NCBI GenBank assembly: GCA_965656495.1
Contig: CBFHKU010000002.1
Location: 128,001-192,000 of the forward strand
DNA: 64,000 bases
From: Coraliomargaritaceae bacterium
GTDB lineage: Bacteria > Verrucomicrobiota > Verrucomicrobiia > Opitutales > Coraliomargaritaceae
Reading direction: 5' to 3'
This document shows, piece after piece, positions 19,201-28,719 of the stretch. Position 1 is the first letter of the stretch; every line of letters begins with the position of its first letter. The notes under the pieces are model-generated. The model did not search any database. It was not told the origin of the DNA and was given only the letters and a program-made list of their open reading frames with translations. The position numbers were made by a program, and so were the translations under genes.

Positions 19201-19639
19201 CGCCGACGATCTGTTCAGTGTGCACCAGAATCTTCATCGCGTCCTCCAACTCGACCCATGGCCCACCATCAATGTCCCAGAAAGGTGCACTCAGCACGGC
19301 GATCTGCATATCTTTCTCCTCAGCTTCACGGAAGAGATGCAGCAACATCTTGTCCCATTCGGGAGTATTGTAATGCGCTGGCTTTGAAACCATATCTTGT
19401 GGCACCCAAGAACCAAGTGAATGAAACAACTGATACCCCTTGCCACCCTCTTCCTTAAAACGCTCCATATCGCGCGTGATCGCTTCCTCAGTCACGTTTC
19501 CGCTCATCCAACCATGATAGCGCCAGATGCCATACTGCTCAGGAGCCGTCAAAAATCGTTCATTTGGCTCAGCCTGGCCATAGGCCACGCTGGAGAGTAT
19601 CAGGGATATCAAGATTTTGGTTACAGGTTTCATTTTCAT
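16280..19639 (-). CDS. GH106 family alpha-L-rhamnosidase-like glycoside hydrolase
   Basis: W..GNVT.EAITRDME.F...G; GGPWV; ESYE..TQNWT..M..EF..RRGY; P.GEFW; ESFT; C-terminal YYSG.A.Y, LELG.V.DVA.V..NG, GLLGPV. ATG 19639 (MKMKPV) gives a clean signal peptide. Confidence 0.88.
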   Translation of the reverse strand: MKMKPVTKILISLILSSVAYGQAEPNERFLTAPEQYGIWRYHGWMSGNVTEEAITRDMERFKEEGGKGYQLFHSLGSWVPQDMVSKPAHYNTPEWDKMLLHLFREAEEKDMQIAVLSAPFWDIDGGPWVELEDAMKILVHTEQIVGGGRLNNIQLSQPLTRESYYRDVACLALPALSNDVSLAQGVEVFSSSKFYQDKPFEFNGQSLTVQAGDKAEGGDYIDFVLSQPTDISYMSLHQGSGVKFKVECTVQFFDQNNNSVGNEVSFGTNCKASRPFYASNLETVRASRVRLQFARSIPKDLSGFDLRGEAGIHNLHLKNGSGYPHGHGNGIAKKNQFEERGFVNESAGIALDEVIDLTDALDDQGRLNAELPQGDWRILRIGYTFNGKYTHGSKNEPYMTVDKLSPSGVAVNYSNLVGRIVKMARAEGIEHQPMAIYAESYESKTQNWTQRMSEEFQARRGYSLKPYLPVLCGGYVLGSFDASERFLRDFRRTIADLMAENYMGERTRLAHKDGLRSYGDNGGAQQFMYDAVNYQKQVDVPIGEFWVQSKREVEAEYPHYSIRQDIKNGSSAVHLYNEIKPEEQQIIGESFTSYAHNMLGPLRMKAIADAAFCRGLTTVSLHGTCLQPLDDSIKPGLTWGPYGPIDGMHTNTWWEHMDKLSAYFARCEALLRSGRFVGDFVYYVGDDIPNTLPFRDKLPGNVPAGYDFDGCDTGAITDLFEVDAAGNIVCPNGMSYRFLQLPNNQTMPLHVLQSIEKLVKSGATVVGPKPVRTPGLTGGMAESDEQLQALADKLWNDGQYGKGRVFEAANFAEIEQQLGLEPDFKVDFTRIQSPMWKAYNTANDPIEYIHRLDGETDIYFVNSHLLEPETIDCSFRVSGKTPQLWDPATGYIYSVPFEEANGRTLISIPFEKLGSQFVVFKPADSVEPAPLLTTDKTLLKEVTGPWELSFDPVWGGPEQASFDALDSWDQRPEEAIQYYSGKAIYRKTLDIEKPTDGRLLLELGDVKDVAKVILNGQEVGVAWLPPFAADITDHIIAGENMLEIEVINFWRNRMIGDQQHPMDFELTRGILSAVPDWLKNGTPRPEQNRYTFATCPIFEKDDQLGKAGLLGPVRLKVAN

Positions 19640-19705
19640 CTCTGTTTCTGATGAATTCCAACGACACGAGGGACCTTGCAAAAATCAAACCGTCGAGGAC
19701 TCAAT

Positions 19706-19770
19706 ATTTTCTCATACTCTGAAAAACATAGCTTGGGTTTTTCCGCCAGAACACTGGCGATTTCGGACAA
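19706..19770 (-). promoter_or_regulatory. Regulon promoter copy 3
   Basis: Minus strand TTGTCCGAAATCGCCAGTGTTCTGGCGGAAAAACCCAAG-N20-GAAAAT (TGa extension). Confidence 0.8.
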
Positions 19771-19795
19771 ACCACGGGATCCTTCAAACCTACCC

Positions 19796-21262
19796 CTAAC
19801 GCTCTCGTTGTGGAATTTCAGTGACCTCATAGTGAACTCGGAGCTCCTGTAAACCATTCTTGAGCTTGGCCACGATCGAGGCGTATTCCGGATTGTGATA
19901 CTCGCTCTTCAATTCCTTGGGATCTTTCTCTAGATCAAACAGCTCCCACTCTTCACCCTCTGGAACGCCCACTCCATAGAAGCGGATTAGTTTGTAGCGC
20001 CCCGTAAAAACCCCTTCGTGACGGCGCACACTGTGTGTGCCAGGAAATTCGTAATAATGGTAATACAGCTTGTCGCGCCAGTCTGCAGGCGTTTCGCCTT
20101 TCAAGATCGGCACGAGGCTTTTTCCCTGCATGTCCGCAGGAATTTCAACACCTGCGATACCGAGAAAGGTTTCTGCGAAATCGATATTCTGAACTAGATC
20201 CGTATTGATCGATTCGGGTTCAATCACGCCGGGCCACTTAGCTAAAAACGGCGTGCGAAAGGATTCCTCATACATGAAACGTTTATCAAACCAGCCATGC
20301 TCCCCGAGGTAGAACCCTTGGTCCGCAGAATACATCACCACTGTGTTGTCCTCTAAATCATTATCTTTGAGGTATTGAAGTAAGCGCCCGACATTCTCAT
20401 CCACACCAGCAATGCAAGCGAGGTAGTCACGCATGTATGCCTGATACTTAGCACTAATGAGTTCTCTGCCGCTGAGCCCCGAATCAATCAGCTCCTGCTT
20501 GCGATGCGGCCAACGATCGGTCTTTAAATCCTTCTCCATTCGCATCGTAATATCGATTGACATGTCTTGCTCGTGCGCTGCAACACCTCGACCGCTGTAA
20601 TCATCGAAGAGCGTGTCCGGCTCCGGGAAAGTCATCTGAGCAAATGGCTCTCTGAAACGCTCCGCAGGAATCCAGGTGCGGTGCGGCGCTTTGAAGTGAA
20701 CCATCGCCATGAATGGCTTCGACGGGTCTCGTTTATCTTGCAGCCACTCCAGTGCACGATCGGTAATAATATCGGTCGAGTGTCCTTGATAGCTGGTTTT
20801 TCCCTTTTCGGTAATGAACTCAGGATTCTCATAACTACCCTGCCCTGGGAGCACTTCCCAATAGTCAAAGCCCTGCATATTTCCAGAGAGGTGAATTTTA
20901 CCAATCATGGCCGTCTGATAGCCATTTGCTTGCAGGAGCTTCTGGAACTGCTGCTGGTAGTGATTGAATTCACCATGGTTGTCGATTTTGCCATGCAGGT
21001 GACTGTGCTTGCCCGTCAACAGGGTCGCTCGACTCGGCGCACAGATGGAGTTCCCCACGTAGCACTTGTCAAAGCGCATGCCCTCTGCAGCAATCGAGTC
21101 GAGATTCGGTGTCAGATTAAACGGCTGGAAACGCCCTCCATACGCACCCACTGCCTGGAATGCATGGTCATCGGAAAACAGCCATAAGATATTCGGCTTT
21201 TCTGCTGCGCATACATTCGCGAGCAAGAGTAAGGTCATCACCGCAAGTAGATCGATCTTCAT
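19796..21262 (-). CDS. S1 sulfatase (N-acetylglucosamine-6-sulfatase-like)
   Basis: PNILWLFSDDH; CAPSRATLLTG; GKIHL; DQGFYLGEHGWFDKRFMYEES; YYHYYEFP. Start moved to ATG 21262 (signal peptide, no overlap). Confidence 0.92.
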   Translation of the reverse strand: MKIDLLAVMTLLLLANVCAAEKPNILWLFSDDHAFQAVGAYGGRFQPFNLTPNLDSIAAEGMRFDKCYVGNSICAPSRATLLTGKHSHLHGKIDNHGEFNHYQQQFQKLLQANGYQTAMIGKIHLSGNMQGFDYWEVLPGQGSYENPEFITEKGKTSYQGHSTDIITDRALEWLQDKRDPSKPFMAMVHFKAPHRTWIPAERFREPFAQMTFPEPDTLFDDYSGRGVAAHEQDMSIDITMRMEKDLKTDRWPHRKQELIDSGLSGRELISAKYQAYMRDYLACIAGVDENVGRLLQYLKDNDLEDNTVVMYSADQGFYLGEHGWFDKRFMYEESFRTPFLAKWPGVIEPESINTDLVQNIDFAETFLGIAGVEIPADMQGKSLVPILKGETPADWRDKLYYHYYEFPGTHSVRRHEGVFTGRYKLIRFYGVGVPEGEEWELFDLEKDPKELKSEYHNPEYASIVAKLKNGLQELRVHYEVTEIPQRER

Positions 21263-21293
21263 TCGGGATGCCTCAATTCTTGGGTTTACCATA

Positions 21294-23240
21294 TCAATCT
21301 TTCCCATGGCGGGCACGGAAACGTTCCTTCCAAGGCGGACGCGGTCCGAAAACACGATTCTCGAGCAACAACTTGTGCTGTCTCTGCCATTCTTCCAATG
21401 TAAGAATCAAATTATCGACCCAACGCACCTGCTTAGTAATCGTTTCCGTGCTGTTCCAGAAAAGAAGCCTTTTTTTGTAAGGAGGAGACAACTGACCGGC
21501 ACTTTGATTACGGGCTGGCACCAGAATATTTTTGGTCATGTCTACATTCAACCCTCCCTTGGCATGAAAGCGCACGGGGCTGGATGCAGTATCATGAACC
21601 ACGTTTTCGGTATAGGCGATGCCGCTGCTTCCCTGATCCGGGTAGATGCCATTATTATCCGAAGCTCCGTTGAGCGGGCTGCGTTGGATATCGTGTATGT
21701 AATTCCCTTTAACCATGGATCCCGGCTGATTTCCCAGTGTGTAAATACCACCACCGTCGCCCAGCAGGAGCATGACACTAGAGATATGGTTGCCGATCAC
21801 TTTGTTGTTTTCCGCCATGGTGGGCTCATTGCTCCACTGCCACCCCATGGAGATGCCGGTGTATGACAGGTCGCGTATCCGGTTATGTGAAATTTCACAA
21901 TCGGCTGCCAAGCCTTGCCAGACACCGACTGCGCCGGCGCAGATATGACCGACCCGTTCAATCAGCGAATCCGTAACTGTGATTCCTCTCACCTGCGCTG
22001 CCCCATCTACATCATGGGTTGAACCGATCATCACGCCATTGCCGCCGCAATCGCGGATCACGCAACCGGCAAGGATAATATCACGACAACCAGTGGCAAA
22101 ACGGGGACCATGTCCGCCAATGCACGTAAATTGAATATCGCGAAGCGATCCCTGCCGCCAAAACCGGGCAGAGAAGGCGGCTTCTCCAGCCACATCAAAC
22201 AGTTTCCGATTCTCGTCTTCCGGTATCATGATGTGACGCTGAGCCGCCTGCGCTCCATCATATCCATGCGGATGCAGATGGTATGCCACATGACGTATCG
22301 CAAACTGACTGAAATAAAGATTAACAACCGGTGCTTCAGCAGTGCCCACTATGTTAATCAGGCTGCTTGTCCGAGGAATAACCAGTTGGGTCTGCGAAAC
22401 CTTTTCTCCTGCCCGTGGGCGATAAACCAGCTCGCGCGTCAAAGCATCCACCGCCCAGTCGCCTGGCCGGGCGATAAAATCGGGATGTCCCTCAAACCAG
22501 CAATTAAATCTCTTAATGCGCTCGGTGGCAGCCATCGTGTTATGACGATTTTTTTGACCTTCGATTGCCCTGAAGCGTGTTGGACTAGCCAACTCCAGCG
22601 CGGAGCCTTCCGCATTCACTACCCGTTGACGAAACAAGGCCCAGTCCTTCATTACAGCCACTGTGAATCCGGATTTCGGCAACGGCGCCTCTGGGACATT
22701 CAGCAGATGCAGTATACTGTGGTTTGACAGCCCTTTGATCTCCCCATCCGTCTGATGATCCAGCCGAACCAGCGGAAGCATCGGTTTCTCGGCATCCGGC
22801 AAAGGCCAACGGGCAATCTGTGCCCACTGATCATTTACGTAAAGCTGTTCCGGAAGCGGACCGTCGGGCAGCGGGACCCGCCAGTCACCAGTTTTACTGA
22901 CCGAAATATTGGATAGCAAGATCCCCCCACTGATCACAGTATCCGCTTCGCCCACCCACCGCGTATAGCCGTCCCTCGAATCCAGCAACAGCGGATCTAT
23001 CAGGTGATGCGTGCCGCTCTTAAGATGAATGATGAAGGTTTCCCCGGGATTGCTCGAGTGCCATACCCGAGCAGCATCCCTGGCTTCCACAAGACTTTCG
23101 CCTGGAGCGACAACAAGAGTCTCTACCGCCAGCGTATCAATCAATGGGTCCACCACCTCTGCGGGTTGTTTTTCTGCGGCCCATACATTTGCTAGTAAAA
23201 GCAACGTAGTGAGACACAGTAGTTTGAGTTGGATCTGCAT
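21294..23240 (-). CDS. Right-handed beta-helix protein, GH141-like
   Basis: SL.EARDA.R; ISGG; QLYVN......ARWP; YTGISMGW.W; L.DGGGIYTLG.QPG; GIYPDQGSS. Confidence 0.78.
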   Translation of the reverse strand: MQIQLKLLCLTTLLLLANVWAAEKQPAEVVDPLIDTLAVETLVVAPGESLVEARDAARVWHSSNPGETFIIHLKSGTHHLIDPLLLDSRDGYTRWVGEADTVISGGILLSNISVSKTGDWRVPLPDGPLPEQLYVNDQWAQIARWPLPDAEKPMLPLVRLDHQTDGEIKGLSNHSILHLLNVPEAPLPKSGFTVAVMKDWALFRQRVVNAEGSALELASPTRFRAIEGQKNRHNTMAATERIKRFNCWFEGHPDFIARPGDWAVDALTRELVYRPRAGEKVSQTQLVIPRTSSLINIVGTAEAPVVNLYFSQFAIRHVAYHLHPHGYDGAQAAQRHIMIPEDENRKLFDVAGEAAFSARFWRQGSLRDIQFTCIGGHGPRFATGCRDIILAGCVIRDCGGNGVMIGSTHDVDGAAQVRGITVTDSLIERVGHICAGAVGVWQGLAADCEISHNRIRDLSYTGISMGWQWSNEPTMAENNKVIGNHISSVMLLLGDGGGIYTLGNQPGSMVKGNYIHDIQRSPLNGASDNNGIYPDQGSSGIAYTENVVHDTASSPVRFHAKGGLNVDMTKNILVPARNQSAGQLSPPYKKRLLFWNSTETITKQVRWVDNLILTLEEWQRQHKLLLENRVFGPRPPWKERFRARHGKD

Positions 23241-23257
23241 GCTAATTTATCAGTCCT

Positions 23258-24544
23258 CTAAAGTTCGAAGAGCGGGATTTCCATCCATTCTCCGCCTTTC
23301 AGTGCCGATTGGTGCGCGACTATACCTGCGAGCGTCATGTTGAGCGCTTCGCTAATGCCAACCGTCGGGTATTTATCCAACAGGACCGATTCGATGAAGT
23401 CGTTGGTTAGGTATCCATGCGACGCACCGTGGTGCGGGCCGTTTGCCCCAGGCGGCAAGGGAGGACGTTGAATCATTCGCTTACCAAAGATCTTGCTACC
23501 GTAGACGCGCCCCGTTTCGCCATGTGCATTCTTCATATCCCAGGCAATCGCCATCCGGGAGATGCCACCATCGCTCGTCTTAAAAAGGCCGACCTCATTA
23601 CCAAATGGATTTTTATATGAGTTATTTTCGGGTTGAAACAGTGCATTATCGCTCGTTGTCCCAAGCGCAGACACTTCCGTTAAGCGACCACCCGTAACCG
23701 AAACATAGTAGGCAGTTGCATGCGTCGGATACCACATCGGGACCAGCCCTCGACGCCAACCATCGAGATCAATATTGCCGGTTCTAGGATTATAGCTCCC
23801 GATACCCTTGTCTCCAAAACTGTGATAGTATTCACCTTCTGAATACTTAATAGCTCCCAATTTCCCCGCTTTATACTGCATTCGTGCGTTATAGTTATCC
23901 GGACGAAACGAGGAGGTTTCGTTCATCATGTAGATCTTACCGCTACGCTTCACCGCAGCAAAAAGTGCGTCGGCCTCCTTAAATGCTTTCAAGCCAAAAA
24001 CAGCCGGGCAGGCAACCGCCACATGCTTACCGTGTTGTAGCGCCATAATCGATAAGCGAGCATGACTCGGCGCATCCGTTGCAATATAAACCGCTTCAAT
24101 CTCCTTATCCTTGATCATCTCCTCACAGGATGGGTAAGTCTTCTTGGCACCCACTGCTTCCGCTAGCTCAGCACACCGAACGGGATCCAGATCCGTCGCC
24201 GCAACGACTTCGACATTCGGATGATTCTGGTAGAACCATGTCTGGCCGAATTTACAGAACCCGTTTCCGGCAATGCCGACTTTGACTTTGCGATCCGATA
24301 CCGGCTCCCAGCCCTCGCCCCAATAATTCGCCCCCTTCGATGTTTCCTCGAAGCCAGAGATGAGGTTACCATCGGCGTCTCTTGGCAGTTGCGACTTTCG
24401 CTTCTTCGACGAACCGGAATCCGCGCTAGCGTCTGAGCCAGCCATGCCGACAGCGCCTAGGACAATCCCCCACTTACCTGCCGACGACATAAACTGCCGC
24501 CGAGAAAATCCACTTTGTCCATCTTCGTGTATCTTGTGATCCAT
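23258..24544 (-). CDS. Tat-exported Gfo/Idh/MocA family oxidoreductase
   Basis: SRRQFM twin-arginine signal; VGIAG.G; AVYIATDAPSH; YSEGEYYH; MWYPTH. Confidence 0.88.
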   Translation of the reverse strand: MDHKIHEDGQSGFSRRQFMSSAGKWGIVLGAVGMAGSDASADSGSSKKRKSQLPRDADGNLISGFEETSKGANYWGEGWEPVSDRKVKVGIAGNGFCKFGQTWFYQNHPNVEVVAATDLDPVRCAELAEAVGAKKTYPSCEEMIKDKEIEAVYIATDAPSHARLSIMALQHGKHVAVACPAVFGLKAFKEADALFAAVKRSGKIYMMNETSSFRPDNYNARMQYKAGKLGAIKYSEGEYYHSFGDKGIGSYNPRTGNIDLDGWRRGLVPMWYPTHATAYYVSVTGGRLTEVSALGTTSDNALFQPENNSYKNPFGNEVGLFKTSDGGISRMAIAWDMKNAHGETGRVYGSKIFGKRMIQRPPLPPGANGPHHGASHGYLTNDFIESVLLDKYPTVGISEALNMTLAGIVAHQSALKGGEWMEIPLFEL

Positions 24545-24633
24545 ACGTATCTCCTTGGGTGTTTTATCTCTCTTCTTTCATCAATGGGCCGAACTATTTT
24601 TGACTCCTTGTAGCTCGCCTGATCTGCCGTAGA

Positions 24634-25596
24634 TTACGGCAACTGGCTCGTGCCTTGGGTTTCTAAGTCTAGGTGTGATAGAATGAAGTCGGCGGCATGT
24701 TGATTGATCTCAGTCATCGTTGGGCTAGTGTCTCCGCGGAAGCTGTGCTCGCCCCCCTTCACCACTACAAATTCAAGATCTGCGCCGATCTCCTCTCCAA
24801 GCGCAGCAAAGTGTTCGGAAAGCGCAATGGGTAGAACTGAGTCTTGATCCCCGTGCAGCAAAAGGATCGGCGGTGAATCTGCCCTCAGGTGTTCGGTGGG
24901 ACTCAACAATGCGGCACGCTCCGGGTAGTCGGCTGCAAGCCCTCCTATCATCGGTATCATTCGCTGCGGTCGTTGAAAATTACTGCCCTCCAGTAATTCG
25001 GGCAAAAGGAACGTAGTCGCAGGGTAATAGGAAGCGATGCAGCGAAATTCCGGATCGAATTTGGCGAGTTTTTCGTCCCCCTCAAAGGCTGCGTTATCGG
25101 CCAGCCCCGTCATCAAAGCGAGATGCCCACCGGCAGAGCCACCCCAAACACCAATACGTTCAGGGTCCAGATGGTAGGTCGCAGCATTCGCCATCAGAAA
25201 TCGAGCCGCGTCTTTGCAATCTTCAACACTATCGATCGCAGTGGACACGCCCTTGCGGGTTAGCCGATATTCGATCGCCGCACACGCCACACCTGCATCC
25301 AACAGGCGAGCCAGAGTTTCGCGAAACACGGGCTGCAATACTTTGAATTTATCACCTCCACCCCAGCCCCCGCCGTGTGTATATAGCATGACCGGCATCG
25401 GCTCGGAGGGTGTCTCCTTCGGTAAGAATAGCCAGAGGTCGAGCGCTTCACCATCGACCGTTTTGTAGATGATGCCTTTCTCGATTCGTAAGCTGGCAAG
25501 AAACTGCTGGTCTTTGGGGTTCTGTGCGAAGGACGTGCTGACACTGAGGACGGTGAAGAATAGCGATAAACAAACGAGAATTCTGTTTTTTTGCAT
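24634..25596 (-). CDS. Secreted alpha/beta hydrolase (carboxylesterase; possible carbohydrate esterase)
   Basis: HGGGW oxyanion motif; GGSAGG nucleophile elbow; HGDQD; EH. Confidence 0.88.
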   Translation of the reverse strand: MQKNRILVCLSLFFTVLSVSTSFAQNPKDQQFLASLRIEKGIIYKTVDGEALDLWLFLPKETPSEPMPVMLYTHGGGWGGGDKFKVLQPVFRETLARLLDAGVACAAIEYRLTRKGVSTAIDSVEDCKDAARFLMANAATYHLDPERIGVWGGSAGGHLALMTGLADNAAFEGDEKLAKFDPEFRCIASYYPATTFLLPELLEGSNFQRPQRMIPMIGGLAADYPERAALLSPTEHLRADSPPILLLHGDQDSVLPIALSEHFAALGEEIGADLEFVVVKGGEHSFRGDTSPTMTEINQHAADFILSHLDLETQGTSQLP

Positions 25597-25705
25597 AACG
25601 ATTATTTACGAATGTATGGGTAAGCTGTCGTGATTTCGCATTAGGGCATAACTTGATTTTCCAAAATGGGCTTGGATCACCAACCTAGTTAGCTCCCTTG
25701 AACTC

Positions 25706-27160
25706 CTACTTCTTTGATTTCTTATTCTTTTTTCTTTTAGAAGCCATTGGTTCACCGGGCTCACCGGCTCCTCCTTCTTGAAACTCAAGCTGGAAATTCC
25801 GCTCTTCGAGATCTGAGGCATCCCCGGCTGGGCGACTCGTTGATTCAAGCTCAGCCATAAATCGATCCATCTGTTTCTTAAGCAATTCAGCAATTTCCGG
25901 ATGCTCACTGGATACATCGCTGGTCTCCCCGATATCGTCATTCAGGTTATAGAGGGTGCCTGCTTCAGCCGGTTTGTATGCGCCCCAATCCTGTTCCTTT
26001 TTCTTATTATACGGAGTCTGCGTCTTAAAATAATACTTCCAGCCATCATGAATGATCGTCGATCCGGGAACGATTTGCAGATCGCGCAACGCTTGACCAC
26101 TAGCGTCCCCCATCAACTGCGGCAACACATTGACTCCATCGATCACGCGATCCAGTGGCACTTCGAGTCCAGCAAGCACACAGAACGTGGGAAGCATATC
26201 GATAATGCCGATCATCGCGTCGCTTTTAGCATCCGTCTGAACTTTACCGGGCCAGCGTATGATAAAGGGCACACGAACGCCCCCCTCGAAGTCGGTCCAC
26301 TTCCCGTCACGCAAGGGGCCGGTCAGTCCAACATCAAACTTACGTTGCCGTTCAACAGGAGGTCCGTTGTCCGAAGTAAACACCACAATCGTGTTCTCTT
26401 CCAAGCCGAGTTCGACCAAGGCATCCATCAACTGTTCAAACTGCCAGTCGATCTCGTGAATGACATCACCGTAGTCACCTCGCTGAGAGCTTCCTTTAAA
26501 TTGCTCCGAGGGAAAATACGGCGCGTGTGGAAGTGGATCTGAATACAATAGAAAGAAAGGTTCGTCCTTATTTTGCCCCATGAAATCAACTGCGGCCTTC
26601 ACCATACCGGGAGCCTGGCCTGCGGTTTTCTTGGTTGGCACGATGAGTTGTTTTCGGTTTTCAACCAACGAAACATCTTCGGTTCCTTCGGTGGCTTTGA
26701 GAAAGCCATAGAAATAATCAAAGCCATGATTTAAGGGATGAAACGGCTCCCACTCACCCAAATGCCATTTACCAATCAGTGCAGTTTGATACCCCGCCGT
26801 TTGCAACAACTCAGGCAATGTGATTTCAGATGGGTTCAAACCAATCGGCCCATCCCGATATTTATATACAACATTGGGCAATCCCACTCGATGCGCGTAG
26901 GAACCGGTCATAAAAGCCGCACGTGTCGCCGAACAGCGCTGATGAACATAAAAACTCGAGAAGCTCGTGCCTTCTTTTGCCAGTTTATCGATCGCCGGCG
27001 TCGATTGCCCTTCCGCTCCATAGCAACTGACATCACCATAACCGAGGTCATCCGTGAGATAGAACAGGATGTTCGGCTTCTCCGCCGCAGGTCGCACAGT
27101 CTGTTTAGCCCATAAGGGTGTGAGAGCAAACGCCGCAAGCAATAGGTAACAGACTTTCAT
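25706..27160 (-). CDS. S1 sulfatase (arylsulfatase A-like) with Lys-rich tail
   Basis: PNILFYLTDDLGYGD; CSATR; GKWHLG; SDNGP; EGGVRVP; C-terminus SKRKKNKKSKK. Confidence 0.92.
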   Translation of the reverse strand: MKVCYLLLAAFALTPLWAKQTVRPAAEKPNILFYLTDDLGYGDVSCYGAEGQSTPAIDKLAKEGTSFSSFYVHQRCSATRAAFMTGSYAHRVGLPNVVYKYRDGPIGLNPSEITLPELLQTAGYQTALIGKWHLGEWEPFHPLNHGFDYFYGFLKATEGTEDVSLVENRKQLIVPTKKTAGQAPGMVKAAVDFMGQNKDEPFFLLYSDPLPHAPYFPSEQFKGSSQRGDYGDVIHEIDWQFEQLMDALVELGLEENTIVVFTSDNGPPVERQRKFDVGLTGPLRDGKWTDFEGGVRVPFIIRWPGKVQTDAKSDAMIGIIDMLPTFCVLAGLEVPLDRVIDGVNVLPQLMGDASGQALRDLQIVPGSTIIHDGWKYYFKTQTPYNKKKEQDWGAYKPAEAGTLYNLNDDIGETSDVSSEHPEIAELLKKQMDRFMAELESTSRPAGDASDLEERNFQLEFQEGGAGEPGEPMASKRKKNKKSKK

Positions 27161-27169
27161 GGGGACTCC

Positions 27170-28588
27170 TTATTTCGATTTCTTTTTCTTATCCTTTTTC
27201 TGCTTCTGCTCTCTCTTCAACTGCTTCACATCGACAAACGAAAACGCATCGCCCATGCGTTCCATATCGGCTTGGAGCTGGGCATGCATCTCGGCAACGA
27301 CCTGCGCATATTCAGGATTCTCTGCCAAATTCTCCAACTCCCATGGGTCTTTATTGATATTATAGAGCTCGAACTCAGGATGCTTTAACACACGGTTTAC
27401 CTGCGCTTGCGCATCGGGATCTGATTCAGCAGCAATTAGCCATTCTCTCCAAACACCACCAAAGAACTTCGAGCTCTTGGGGTTCATCAAAACATCCACG
27501 TAATACTCCTTCTCCTGCTCAGGGCTCCAAATAAGCTTGTATTCCTTCGTGCGGATCGCTCGTTGAGCATACCCCGCGATTTGGTGAACCAAGAAGGCAT
27601 TGCGGCGATGCTCCGAGGTTTCCCCTTTCAGCACTGGCAGCAGACTTTTGCCATCCACACTCGGAGCGGGTCCACCCGCGATATCGACGATGGTGGGAAC
27701 GATATCGCAATACATGCCAACGGCCTCCGTCACCGCAGGCTTGAATTTACCTGGCCAGCGCACCACACACAAGGCTCTGGTGCCGAAATCATAGATCGAG
27801 TATTTACCCATCGGTAAAGCGGATCCTTGTTCACTGAGGAAGATCAAGACCGTGTCGTCCGCTAGGTTCATCTCGTCGAGCAGCTGCATCGTTGCACCCA
27901 CCTGATCGTCCAGCTCTTCGACTTCAGCAGCATGTATCGCCAACGCCTCGCGGGTCACCGGTGTGTCCACCATGTGAGGCGGAACGACAATTTGATCCAA
28001 TGGAAAATTCGACGGATCCCCCGTCGTCCACGGGTGGTGCGCATCCACCGAAGCGATCACCACACAAAACGGCGACTGCTCGGCTTGGGCATTCTCAATA
28101 AATCCTTTAACGCCACTCAGTTCCCAAGTCGGCGCCTTATCATTCGCATTCCCCGTGAAGCCGGGGATCATGGGAAAATTCGTCGGCCCGTGAAAATGAA
28201 GTTTACCGGCCAGACCAACCTTATATCCCAGCGCGCCCATGAAATCGACCATGTTGTCAAATCCGGCACGTGGCTTATAACCATTGCCATACACGCCACT
28301 GGTGGGCGGCAGTAAGCCCGTATACAATTCATGCCGTGCGGGCGCACAAGTCGCAGCCGCCACTGAAAAGTTCTGAAAGCGCACCCCTTGCGTCGCAAGC
28401 GTATCGATATTGGGAGTCCGCGTGAATAGACCCGCTTCGGAACAGCCAAAGCTGGACCAACTCACGTCGTCCGCCAAAACGATCACCACGTTTGGCTTCT
28501 CTGCGGAAAATAACGTGGAAACGGATAGTAATGCGATTCCAGCGCCGGTTATGAGTGTTCTTAGCATGATTTTGTGTCCTCTATTCAC
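27170..28588 (-). CDS. S1 sulfatase (N-sulfoglucosamine sulfohydrolase-like) with Lys-rich tail
   Basis: PNVVIVLADD; CAPARHELYTG; GKLH; SEQG; C-terminus KQKKDKKKKSK. Start uncertain by a few codons. Confidence 0.9.
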   Translation of the reverse strand: MNRGHKIMLRTLITGAGIALLSVSTLFSAEKPNVVIVLADDVSWSSFGCSEAGLFTRTPNIDTLATQGVRFQNFSVAAATCAPARHELYTGLLPPTSGVYGNGYKPRAGFDNMVDFMGALGYKVGLAGKLHFHGPTNFPMIPGFTGNANDKAPTWELSGVKGFIENAQAEQSPFCVVIASVDAHHPWTTGDPSNFPLDQIVVPPHMVDTPVTREALAIHAAEVEELDDQVGATMQLLDEMNLADDTVLIFLSEQGSALPMGKYSIYDFGTRALCVVRWPGKFKPAVTEAVGMYCDIVPTIVDIAGGPAPSVDGKSLLPVLKGETSEHRRNAFLVHQIAGYAQRAIRTKEYKLIWSPEQEKEYYVDVLMNPKSSKFFGGVWREWLIAAESDPDAQAQVNRVLKHPEFELYNINKDPWELENLAENPEYAQVVAEMHAQLQADMERMGDAFSFVDVKQLKREQKQKKDKKKKSK

Positions 28589-28719
28589 CTTATATATTTA
28601 TAACGGATTAAGAATTCGGTTGAATTAGTGAATTTTCTAAAACGGATCCTGTCGACTCTCCGATGCCCCTTCATTTCCAGATTTCAACAGACAGCTAACT
28701 TTCTATCGATCGAAGCGCT

